Assembly (NCBI GenBank): GCA_951406725.2
Contig: OX597828.1
Location: 14,074,001-14,138,000 of the forward strand
Length of the DNA stretch: 64,000 bases
Reading direction: 5' to 3'
Origin: Octopus vulgaris
Lineage: Eukaryota
This document shows, in pieces, positions 1 to 10,508 of this stretch. Both the position numbers and the translations under genes were made by a program. Every line of letters starts with the position of its first letter. The stretch's first letter is position 1. A model generated the notes under the pieces. The model saw only the letters and a list, made by a program, of their open reading frames with translations, was not told where the DNA came from and made no database searches.

Positions 1-8
1 ACAAATCT

Positions 9-99
9 TCAGATATCTTCAGAGATATTGGTGCCTGGTATCTGCAAATCTTCAAATACCAGAGATGGTGGTGAGATAAAGTCATCTGGACAGACAGTT
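9..99 (-). CDS. SAMD3-like gene terminal coding exon 8 (TVCPDDFISPPSLVFEDLQIPGTNISEDI*)
   Basis: Follows a 52-nt intron (100-151) with ctaac branch point and ttttaaccag acceptor; stop TGA at 11-9. Confidence 0.65.
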
Positions 100-151
100 C
101 TGGTTAAAACAAGAGCAACAGAAATTAAAATGGTTAGCAACAATACTTTAC

Positions 152-415
152 TTTTGATCTGGGAGTTCAAAATCCTGAACTTCTTCCACTGAAATTACCA
201 GAGGTGCTTCACAGGATGCTGGCATATTGCTGATGTTGGCAGAGGTAAGTTGCTGCTGTTGGTGTTCTTGCTGTTGCTGTTGGTGTTCTTGCTGTTGCTG
301 TTGTTGATGCTGTTGCTGTTGTTGTTGCTGCTGTTGCTCTTCCGATAAGCCTTGACTGGTTATCTCATTACATTCGATGCTAATTGAAGGATTTGTCACA
401 AGTTCGTTTTCATCG
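152..415 (-). CDS. SAMD3-like gene coding exon 7 (acidic, polyQ/H tract)
   Basis: Acceptor tccttaag|c continues phase 2 into DENELVTNPS...EEQQQQ...; donor aa|gtaaag. Confidence 0.75.
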
Positions 416-496
416 CTTAAGGAAATAATGGAAACATAGAAACATATTCAGAAAGAAGCTTCTTTAAACAATTACAATTCCAACATGCATACACAT

Positions 497-905
497 ATCA
501 TCATCATCATCGTATAACGTCCGTTTTCCATGCTAGCATGGGTTGGACGGTTTGACCAGGGTCTGGGAAGCCAGCTGGATGCCCTTCCTAACGCCAACCA
601 CTCTGTGAGTGTAGTGGATGCTTTTTACGTGCCACCTGCACAGGTGCCAGGGGAGGCTGGCAGCAGTCACGATCAGTTGGTGCCTTTTTACGTGCCACCG
701 GCACGGAAGCCAGTCAAGGGGGTGCTGGCATTGGCCACGTTCAGATGGTGCTTTTTACGTACCACCGGCACAGGTGCCAGGGGAGGCTAGTGGCATCCAC
801 AATCGGTTGGTGCTTTTTACGTGCCACCAGCATGGAAGCCAGTCAAGGGGGTGCTGGCATTGGCCACGTTCAGATGGTGCTTTTTACGTGCCACCAGCAC
901 AGGTA
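497..905 (-). mobile_element. SINE-like family D (RTE-type end, (GAT)n tail) with internal ~110-bp tandem unit
   Basis: catcatcatcgt.taacgtccgttttccatgctagcatgggttgg...ggatgcccttcctaacgccaacc recurs at 6200, 12724, 25872 and 56893. Confidence 0.8.
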
Positions 906-1334
906 TCACAACTACAATTTCCATTTGATTTTTATTTTGATGTTGATGCAATTGACTCAATAAGTCTCCTCAAGCACAGCAAGTCGCCCTAGATACACAC
1001 ACACACACACATGTACATATATATATCAATATTCATATACATGCATATACAAATACCCCAACATATATCTATGTTTGTGCCTGTATACATACACATATAT
1101 TCATATACACATATGTACTTATGTACCTCATACACACATACATATATAAAGACCCCCCCACCACCAAATTAGACAGTTTTAATCTCATTCTCATCGATGT
1201 CAACTTCAAATTCATCATTGTCAACATAGGATGGAGCAGATTCATTTTGATAAACAAACATTATTATCGGTGATTACTTGTCACAGAATTAATTGGGAAA
1301 AAGAAAAACATAAACATTAAAAAGTTTAGTGAAA

Positions 1335-1496
1335 CACAAGTGTGACTATGTGGTTGAGAAGTTTGCTTCCCAACCACATGGTTCCATGTTCAGTCCCACT
1401 GTGTGGCACCTTGGGCAAGTGTCTTTTGCCATAGCCTCGGGCTCACCAAAGCTTTGTGAGTGGATTTGGCAGATAGAAACTGAAAAGAAACCCATC

Positions 1497-1540
<44 letters not shown>

Positions 1541-1680
1541 TGTGTGGTGTGTGTGTGTGGTGTGTGTGTGTGGTGTGTGTGTGTCTTTGTATCTCAGTCA
1601 ACCACTGCTTGACATACGGTGTTGGTCTGTTTATATTCCCTTGAAAAAAAGTTTGATAAAATATGTAGCAAGCTTAGGAA
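1335..1680 (+). mobile_element. tRNA-derived SINE family A, diverged copy with internal (TG)n
   Basis: A/B box-like head, CORE-like ccttgggcaagtgtct, internal microsatellite. Confidence 0.75.
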
Positions 1681-2030
1681 CAGGAGTGGCTGTGTGGTAA
1701 GTGGCTATAGGCATAGGAGTGGCTGTGTGGTAAGTAGCTATAGGCATAGGAGTGGCTGTGTGGTAAGTAGCTTATAGGCACAGGAGTGGCTATAGGCATA
1801 GGAGTGGCTGTGTGGTAAGTAGCTTATAGGCACAGGAGTGGCTGTGTGGTAAGTGGCTATAGGCATAGGAGTAGCTGTGTGGTAAGTAGCTTATAGGCAC
1901 AGGAGTGGCTGTGTGGTAAGTGGCTATAGGCATAGGAGTGGCTGTGTGGTAAGTAGCTTATAGGCACAGGAGTGGCTGTGTGGTAAGTAGCTATAGGCAT
2001 AGGAGTGGTTGTGTGGTAAGTAGCTTGCTT
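1681..2030 (+). repeat. Minisatellite of ~32-33-bp units (gctataggcataggagtggctgtgtggtaagta) derived from the SINE A 5' end
   Basis: About 10-11 direct copies, running straight into a SINE A body. Confidence 0.9.
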
Positions 2031-2134
2031 ACCAAACACATGGTCTTCTACAATAGCCTCGGGCCGACCAAAGCCTTGTGAGTGGATTTGGTAGACGGAA
2101 ACTGAAAGAAGCCCGTCGTATATATGTGTGTGTA

Positions 2135-2206
<72 letters not shown>

Positions 2207-2530
2207 TGTGTATATGTTTGTGTGTCCTTGTTAGTCCCCTCAACATCGCTTGACAATCGATGCTGGTGTGTTTACGTCTCTGTGACTTAGTGGTTCAGCA
2301 AAAATGACCGATAGAATAAGTACTAGGCTTCCAAAGAATAAGTCCTGAGGTCGATTTGCTTGACTAAAGGCAGTGCTCCAGCATGGTCGGAGTCAGATGA
2401 CTTAAACAAGTAAAAGAGTAATAGAGTACTGGAGTTGATTCATTCAAGAAAAAGTTCTTCTCGGCAGTGCCTCAGCATGGCCGCAGCCTAATAACTGAAA
2501 CAAGTAAAAAAGGTTAAAAAAAAGAGTAAA
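1995..2530 (+). mobile_element. SINE family A (B-box region deleted; extra 3' tail copy)
   Basis: Matches other family A copies; ends in aaacaagtaaaagagt. Confidence 0.85.
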
Positions 2531-2662
2531 GGATTACAGGTTTTGCAAAATAAAAATTGCCACACCTTACATTACTGTAACTACACATACATTTAGTTCA
2601 TTAGATGAAAAACTATATACTCTAGAATTTATACAATTAGACAAAGATTAAAATTAATAGCA

Positions 2663-3280
2663 TCAATGTAACCTTTTATTTATTTCTTGACTTTTGTTTG
2701 TGGTGCAACATACTCTTGTATTTCGGGTACGCAATTTATGCGCTTTCTGCACAGGAGACTGTCCAGTTTTTCGTCCACCGTTTTTAGATCTCGCACAAGT
2801 GTTGATGAACCCAACTTCATCAATAAGAACATTTTTACACCCAGACTTTTCTGTCAAACGATTTTGACGTTTTCTCTGTGTAAAGTTTTCTGAAGTTAAA
2901 GCTCTTTCAGAAATCCCATTAGACCTTTTGAATGAATAATGGAGTTTTTTAAGGCACTTATCAACGCTTGTTTTCGACAACCTCACCTTAAAATATTCAA
3001 AAACCATATCGGACAGCATTTTTAAAGATATATGACGTTTTTTGTCTACTGAGGTTCGCATGAAGTTTTTCATTTCTTCCGAAATTTTACTGCTTCGACA
3101 ACCTCCTCGATTTTTTTGCTCGATACGTCCTTCCTGTTTGTATATTTGAACAACAGTTTGAACACTGGTCCGAGGAATAGCTAATATGGAAGCGATTTCG
3201 GTTACAGTACGACCTTCATCATAATTTGATACGATTAATCTTCTAACATCATTTGAAATTTTCTTCTTCTTGTTGACCAT
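2663..3280 (-). pseudogene. IS630/Tc1-like transposase, HTH region plus first catalytic Asp (IDEVGF), 3'-truncated
   Basis: 205-aa ORF with paired HTH (TVTEIASILAIPRTSVQTVVQIY...GR....RGG), winged helix (LS..SV...LKKL.YSFKR) and IDE.GF motif; no second D or E. Confidence 0.8.
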
Positions 3281-3526
3281 AATGGGTGATGAACAATGAC
3301 GCTAATAAATACTAAATTTAAGTTGACAATAGCAAAATTCAAGTCAACGGCGTAATCGAAGTTGACGATGATGAAATTAAAGTTGACACTGACGTAATCG
3401 AGAGGCCGTGATCGAGATTAACGGTAAGATTGAGAATAATTATGCAGTTGAACATGACAAATTTAAAGGGATTACCCCACTAAGTAAATAAATAATAAAC
3501 ACACACATATTTAATTCGCTATATAG

Positions 3527-3890
3527 GCTAAAAATCAAAACTATCCAGGAAAATATAAAAATGCTCTTGGATATCCCGAATAAGCGAAACGAAAATGTAA
3601 AAGTTTGTTACATTAAATGACATTATTACACACATGTGAAACTCGTTTGGTATTCTCTATTTATTACAGATCTCTCCGTAGATTGAAAGCAAAAACAATG
3701 AAGTCTTGTTTTCTTTTTTTTTTACGATGCCAGCGTAAATTGTAGAAAATTAAGCTGTTCCGTAATTAAAAAGATTATCTGTAATAATGATTTAATAAGA
3801 GACTTTTAAAACATTTGCATATTCGTTTCGCTTACTTGGGATACCAAAGTATATTTTCGTATTTTCTCGGACTGTTTTGGTTTTATTATC
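3527..3890. repeat. Imperfect inverted repeat (~80-bp arms, 3527-3610 / 3803-3890)
   Basis: ttggatatcccgaataagcgaaacgaaaatgtaaaagttt matches the reverse complement of aaacatttgcatattcgtttcgcttacttgggataccaa. Confidence 0.7.
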
Positions 3891-3942
3891 GATCTTGCAA
3901 AAATTTGTATTTACATCCAAAGATCGCCAACACACGCACTCA

Positions 3943-3974
<32 letters not shown>

Positions 3975-4202
3975 TAAATATTTGTTTTTTATGCTAGTGA
4001 CAACAAAATTTGGCATTCCTACACATGAGTGTCCCTCAACTGATTCCTCATAACGTCCAGAAAAATGGATATTTTTTTAATGGAATTTCCTACAAATACG
4101 TGTCAGATGATGTAGATTCCGATTATATCGGAATACATGTGGGAAAAAAAAAATTTCCCGAGACAAGGGGTGAGGAGTTCCAAAAAATTCACATGAGACA
4201 TC

Positions 4203-4541
4203 ATTCTTTACTCTCGTTTACTCTTTTACTTGTTTCAGTCATTTGGCTGTGGCCATGCTGGAGCACCGCCTTTAGTCGAGCAAATCGACCCCAGGACTTA
4301 TTCTTTGTAAGCCTAGTACTTATTTTATCGGTCTCTTTTGCCGAACCGCTAAGTGACGGGGACATAAACACAGCAGCATATATACGACGGGCTTCTTCCA
4401 GTTTCCGTCTACCAAATCCACTCACAAGGCTTTGGTCGGCCCGAGGCTATAGCAGAAGACACTTACTCAAGATGCCACGCAGTGGGACTGAACCCGGAAC
4501 CATGTGGTTGCTAAGCAAGCTACTTACCACACAGCCACTCC
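4203..4541 (-). mobile_element. SINE family A (internally deleted)
   Basis: Reverse complement of the family A consensus. Confidence 0.85.
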
Positions 4542-4847
4542 TCATAATTTTCAGGAAAATGGGTGATTATTGATGGAATTTTCTATAAAATATCTTTCAG
4601 CGTGTGTAGATTACGATCATATCAGAATTTAACATGGTAAAAAGCATTTGGTGGATTAATACACATATAAACTAACACACATCACATATTTCTACAAAAT
4701 GAAACTTGAAATTTCGAAAAAAAAATTGTGATGTATCAGTGTGTGTGTGTGTGTGTGTTTACTATTTTTCTTTTCTCATCAAATACCCATATAATCGTAA
4801 ATTACACACTCTGAAAAATATTTGTAGAAAATTTCATGAAAAGAATA

Positions 4848-5232
4848 CGTGGCTGTGTGGTAAGTAGCTTGCTAACCAACCACACGGTTCCGGGTTCAGT
4901 CCCACTGCGCAGCATCTTGGGCAAGTGTCTTCTGCTATAGCCTCGGGCCAACCAAAGCCTTGTGAGTGGATTTGGTAGACGGAAACTGAAAGAAGCCTGT
5001 CGTATATATGTATGTGTGTGTGTATGTTTGTGTTTGTCCCTCTAGCATTGCTTGACAACCGATGCTGATGTGTTTACGTCCCCATCACATAGTGGTTCGG
5101 CAAAAGAGACCGATAGAATAAGTACTGGGCTTACAAGGAATAAGTCCCGGGGTCGATTTGCTCAACTAAAAGGTGGTGCTCCAGCATGGCCGCAGTCAAA
5201 TGGCTGAAACAAGTAAAAGAGTAAAAAGAGTA
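4848..5232 (+). mobile_element. SINE family A, near full length
   Basis: gtggctgtgtggtaag...gggttcagtccc (A/B boxes) through tail gtaaaagagtaaaaagagt. Confidence 0.9.
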
Positions 5233-5435
5233 TCATTCTCAAAGTTATGAGGGAACAAGTCCAACTCGTGTGACTTTCCTGAAACCCCTCTTTCCAACCC
5301 ACAGAGCGGTTTTTTCTTAACAATCGGAAAACTACACCATCAGAGGTTCCGTTCAACCCTGCATTAATGTTTTTTTTCTTTTTTTCCGGAGTGTACCAAG
5401 TGTTTTTATGTGGCACCAACAGCAGCAGCAATGGA

Positions 5436-5815
5436 GGCAGCGGACTCGCAGTCGGAGGATCGCGGTTTCAATTCCCAGACCAGGCATTGCGTGTGTTTAT
5501 TGAGCAAAAACACCTAAAGCTCCACGAGGCTCCGGCAGGGGGTGGTGGCGACTCCTGTTGTACTCTTTCGCTCCAACTTTCTCTCACTCTTTCTTCCTGT
5601 TTCTTGTCCCCAACTTCCTATGCAACCACTGAGCCTGGATGTGCATTCATCCATCCGTCGATGCTCTCGGTGTCGGGGGTTGACCTGCTTTCTCTTCTGC
5701 AGGTCTTACGAATAGCAAAGGACCACGTTTCGGACTTCTCCCAATCCTGAGGCACGATTTTGCGAGCTCTGGGACGAAGACCGCTGCACTCAACAGCAAC
5801 AGCAAGGTCACCGAG
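5436..5815 (+). mobile_element. tRNA-derived SINE family C with tail type 1
   Basis: ggcagcggactcgc...ggtttcaattcccagacc...cacctaaagctccacgaggctccggcaggggg head and body, shared with 13480, 17081, 28480 and 39497. Confidence 0.8.
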
Positions 5816-6074
5816 TAACTTGCAGGATAGCTTTACCTTTCTTCCTTCAATAAAATAAAATAGCAGTCTTGTATTGGGGGTCAACTAAAACTCACTTCTC
5901 AAAATTGCTAGCTTTTATTTATGTCGTTCTCAGATGAGTCCTCCAGTGGCACCTCCAACCATCTTAGTCCTCCAGTAGGATTTTCAAAAGCTGTTTTCAC
6001 AACTGTTAGACTTTAAAATGCTGTTTAAGGACTGTGAGATACAATCTTATAGCTCTACTCTAATTATTTTAGGC

Positions 6075-6690
6075 ATAAGATTTGGTAGACAGAAACTGAA
6101 AAAAGCCTGGTCATATGTGTGTGTGTGCAGCACTATTTGTGTAGCAAGTTTTCTATGGTTGGATGCCCTTCCTGTCACCAACCCCCACCTATTTCCAAGT
6201 GATCATCATCATCATCGTTTAACGTCCGTTTTCCATGCTAGCCAGGAGGCTGCACCAGGCTCCAGTCTGATCTGGCAGTGTTTCTACAGCTGGATGCCCT
6301 TCCTAACGCCAACCACTCCATGAGTGTAGTGGGTGCTTTTTACGTGCCACCGGCACAGGTGCCAGGGGAGGCTGGCAACGGCCACAATCGGTTGGTGGTT
6401 TTTATGTGCCACTGACACGGAAGCCAGTCAAGGTGACGCTGGTATTGGCCACATATGGATGGTGCTTTTTACATGCCACCGGCACAGGTGCCAGGGGAGG
6501 CTGGCAACAGCCACAATTGGTTGGTGGTTTTTATGTGCCACCGACACGGAAGCCAGTCAAGGCGACGCTGGCATCGGCCACATATGGATGGTGCTTTTTA
6601 CATGCCAGGGGAGGCTGGCAACGGCCACAATCGGTTGGTGCTTTTTACGTGCCACCAGCACGGAAGCCAGTCAAGGCTTCCGTGCTGGTG

Positions 6691-6721
<31 letters not shown>

Positions 6722-6935
6722 TGTCTTTGTATCTGTCTCCCACCACTGCTTGACAACCGGTGTTGGTGTGTTTATGTCGTTGTAGCTTAGCAGTTTGGCA
6801 AAAGAGAAATCAATAGAGTAAATACCAGTCTTAAAAAACAAATAGGTACTGGGGTCGATTCATTTGACTATGAATTCTTCAAGGCAGTGCCCCAGCATAG
6901 CCACAGTCCAGCGACTGAAACAAATAAATGATAAA
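6075..6935 (+). mobile_element. SINE A copy interrupted at its internal microsatellite by family D sequence (6140-6680, minus)
   Basis: A-family pieces at 6075-6130 and 6700-6935 flank D-family tandem units. Confidence 0.75.
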
Positions 6936-7569
6936 GGTAACCTCTTAACAATCCATTACTTCAAAATTTTCAGGTAACATCCAATACAGAGCAGCCAGAA
7001 GCAGCACTTTGTTTTTTTTTTTCAGAACGACCCTTTTCTTAATAGGTTGCCATTCTAGTTGAGCCCTATCTGTCCTTGCTACTCTATATACATCAATAAC
7101 TGGAACAGTGGCTGAGTGATACCGAGGTAGTGAACCTACACACCTCTCTTAGGCTCACCGCTGCTTCAAGATACTTCACAGTTTAACCTGGGACTGCAAG
7201 GTACCCAGTTAATTTGTGTGGCCGTGAAGAGCAACTGCAGATGTTGTTATGCCTTGATAGTAGAGAGATTGCATATCAGCCAAATATTTATGCACTTGGT
7301 TCTTCTTTTACTCCAATAAATTGGACTAGATGGTAACAGTAGATGAAAGCAAAAGTGTAGCAAGCAGAACTAGCTTGCACTAATTACAAGTACTACCGCC
7401 CTAATAGTATAGAACAAATATTTCTTCCTTAAGCACTTTCCTCCCTCTAGATCATAGGTTAATGACAGCTTTTTTTCACTGTTCTTGACTTTGGGGCATC
7501 AATTGTGATGTGGATCTCCTCTCCCAGGTCTTGTTGGTTTTGAATTATCATCGATGCTTCTCTAACTTT

Positions 7570-7775
7570 GCTTTTTTCTAGGTAGATGTGATGGCCCTAT
7601 GCAAACCTACTTTTACCTCTAGGAAGCGGTGATCCATATCAATCTGCCCTCTGTCTTTTGACTTGTCTAGCATGGGCTGACCAACAAGGAGCTTGCATTT
7701 CAATGACATAGCTCAGGGTCATTGAGACATAGAATCCACAACACAACAACAAGGGTTGGACCTCCAGGTGGACAA
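7570..7775 (-). mobile_element. RTE-clade LINE 5' UTR fragment
   Basis: Minus strand tgtctcaatgaccctgagctatg...ctccttgttggtcagcccatgctagacaagtcaaaag resembles RTE/Expander 5' ends; related copy at 27650-28060. Confidence 0.55.
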
Positions 7776-8619
7776 GATACTTCACACTCATAAATTTAGT
7801 ACTTGCCCAAAGATGTAACTAGTTCATGTACCATTGACACAGACTCCAAAACTCAACGCACAAAACATTGTTTAGCTTGAGCCAAACAAGGAACTTCTAC
7901 ATTTGTGTTTCCTAACTTTTCGTTAACCCAACCTTTCTTTGATGCCTAATCAAATCAACTGGCACAAACCCTCTTAATATGCTCAGTAGTGACGGTAGTG
8001 AAAAACAATTGAAGTTTAATTTGAATTTCCAGCACCCAAATGAAATAAATTTTAGCACCTCAGATTGGGGGAAAACTGCTTTATATAGTCATTTGTGTTA
8101 CAAGAAATTATAGCTAAATATCCCTCAAATTACACCCTACATCATCATCATTATCAGCAATATCATCTTATTGCTTCCATGCAAGGAGAGGTTAAATGGT
8201 TTGACAATATTTGACAGGTCCAAGGATTACATCATGCTTTGTCATGACTTCTACATCTGGATGGCCTTCCTTGTGTCAGCCATTTGATGGAGTGTAATGG
8301 GTACTTTTTTACTGTGGCACAAGCACCAGTGAGGTTGCCATGAAGCTTGCAAGATGAAGATCCACTTTGACTGAGCAAGGTTTCAGTAGAGAGGGGATAG
8401 CTTTGGAGAATACAATAAATAATGTAGTATAAAATATGGAATATCCAAAAGAAAGACCAGATGGCCATTGCTGGATCATCCTTGACGACAGGTCTGCTGA
8501 GTCAGGTGATAACCTGAGGCCAGACAACTACAACAATGACCCTGTGTAACACGATTTCTGCCCTTGGGTAGCAATTGTTATTTCCTATTTGCTGACCCCA
8601 AGAAAGTATGAAGAATAGC

Positions 8620-8800
8620 TAATATTTCCTTCAAACTTTGCTTTTGTTACATTTATTCACACCCCAAAGAATCCCTTTCAATACATGGCTCCTCCATTAC
8701 TCCTGCTCATGATCAGAGATGCTCAAGTGGTTAAGGTCAAGCAACTGACAAGCAAATATGTGGTATTGAGTAGAATATTTGCTATAACAATATTTCTGCT
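8620..8800 (-). mobile_element. Fragment of the (TAA)n-associated retroelement seen at 51881-52420
   Basis: ccccaaagaatccctttcaa...ctgctcatgatcagagatgc...gcaactgacaagc is the reverse complement of parts of 51980-52140. Confidence 0.7.
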
Positions 8801-8902
8801 TCAGCAACTCAGTCCGGAATTTATCTGAATTGTAATGGCAAAATAGGTCATTTTCAAAACAGTGATGTCCAGGTCATGAAAGCAAAGTTTGAAGGGAATA
8901 GT

Positions 8903-9135
8903 AAGCGGCCAGCAGGCAGAAACGTTAGCATGCTGGGCTAAATGCTTAGCGGTATTTCGTCTGCTGTTATATTCTGAGTTCAAATTCCGCTGAGGTCAAC
9001 TTTGCCTTTCATCCTTTTGGGGTCGATAAATTAAGTACCAGTTACACACTGGGGTCGATCTAATCGACTTAATCCCTTTGTCTGTCCTTGTTTGTCCCCT
9101 CTATGTTTAGCCCCTTATGAGAAATAAAGAAATAA
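8903..9135 (+). mobile_element. SINE family B
   Basis: gcagaaacgttagc...ctgagttcaaattccgc..aggtc.actttgcctttcatcctt.ggggtcgataaattaagtaccag. Confidence 0.85.
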
Positions 9136-9261
9136 GTAGTCTCTTCTTTTGATTTCTAGATAGAAGCAAATAGGAAATAATATTTACTGACCAAAGACAA
9201 AAAAAAAATTTTTGTTACACAGTGTAATGGAAAAATGTCTAAGAGTATAAATATGAAATAC

Positions 9262-9455
9262 CTTGGTTTATTTGTTAAAGATGGGAAATTCTGAGAGTTG
9301 TCTGCTGCTGCTGTTGTTTGACAAAGAGAAGATAAAGCTGGAAGATCAGAATCATTGGAATTGTTTGTCGTTTCCAAAGACCATCTTGAGATATCAGAGG
9401 AATCAGGAGTTCTTGATTTCCTGTTCGATACACACCCACTGAGTTCTGGAGACAC
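9262..9455 (-). CDS. SAMD3-like gene coding exon 6 (Ser/Asp-rich, VSPELSGCVSNRKSR...)
   Basis: Acceptor tttag|gtg (phase 0), donor ag|gtattt (phase 2), open frame of 194 nt. Confidence 0.75.
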
Positions 9456-9869
9456 CTAAATTAAGAAATGTAAGTAAATTGCTTTATCAATGTGTGTGTG
9501 TGTGTTAAGTTTAAATAGCTATCTGTGTATCATTCTTAATGTAAAAACATCACAAAAGGCAATTTACTGCAGTATTTGTCCAGAGATAATATATCTTATA
9601 GACAGATTATGTTTAAAGGTACATTATAACACAAATCCATGAGATATATCTCCAGATGAATACCACAGTAAACTTGCCTTTCACAATGTATTTACATTAA
9701 GTATGATACATAGAGGGCTATCTTAATCTAATACTGTTTCTGTAGCATATAATGGATTTTTATTTTTAATCTTATTATATTCAATGTTAGGAGAATTAAA
9801 AAGTTAACTAGAAATAATTATAGAGTGTGGGGAGGGAGATTAGTTAATTACTTATTTTAATCATATTGA

Positions 9870-10085
9870 AGGTGACGATGTGGCAGAGTTGTTAACATGC
9901 AAACAAAATGTTTAGCGGCATTTCATTTGTATTTTCATTCTGAGTTCAAACTCCACCAAGGTTGACTTTGACTTTCAACCTTTCAGGATCGATAAGATGA
10001 GTGGCAGTTAAGCAGTAGGGTCAAAGTAATCTAATAGTTCCCTCTCCCAAAACTTCAGTACTTGTGTCTATAATAGAACAGATTA
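9870..10085 (+). mobile_element. SINE family B, diverged
   Basis: Degenerate match to family B. Confidence 0.7.
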
Positions 10086-10508
10086 TTATGCAGCCTTGTT
10101 GTAAAAATAAAGTATCAACCAAGTACTGGAGTTCATATAATTAACAATACCACTCTTCCAAATTTGAGGCCTTTTGCCTATGTTAATAATAATGTTGTAT
10201 GAGAGAAAACTCTAGGACATGTTTCAATCTTATTATGACCTGATCAATGAAACAGACATCACCTAACTTACTGAAGTTGTGACAGAAGAATAAGTATATG
10301 TAAATATAGAAAAATGCACATGAAATCTCAAAGAATCCATTGGTATGGCAAACAACAGCTAGGATGGTGCTAACATATTTAACGTAGGGGCTAATAGAAA
10401 GCTAACGAGAAATAATTATGAGATGAGGAAAAACAATATCAGTCATTAGTCATATTATGCTTGTCAACATTGGTTTACTACTCAGCCGTGCATTTTACTT
10501 ATCAAGAA

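Noticed and set aside
1681-2030. CRISPR-like regularly repeated ~32-bp units
   Set aside because: No unique spacers and no cas genes; eukaryotic context; the unit is the SINE A 5' end.
2663-3280. Bacterial IS630 contamination
   Set aside because: Embedded in an intron between host SINEs with AT-rich eukaryote-like context and no other prokaryotic genes.
4010-4573. Recurrent ORFs with RRASFSFRLPNPLTRLWSARG or LFFVSLVLILSVSFAE
   Set aside because: Chance frames through SINE family A, repeated in many copies.
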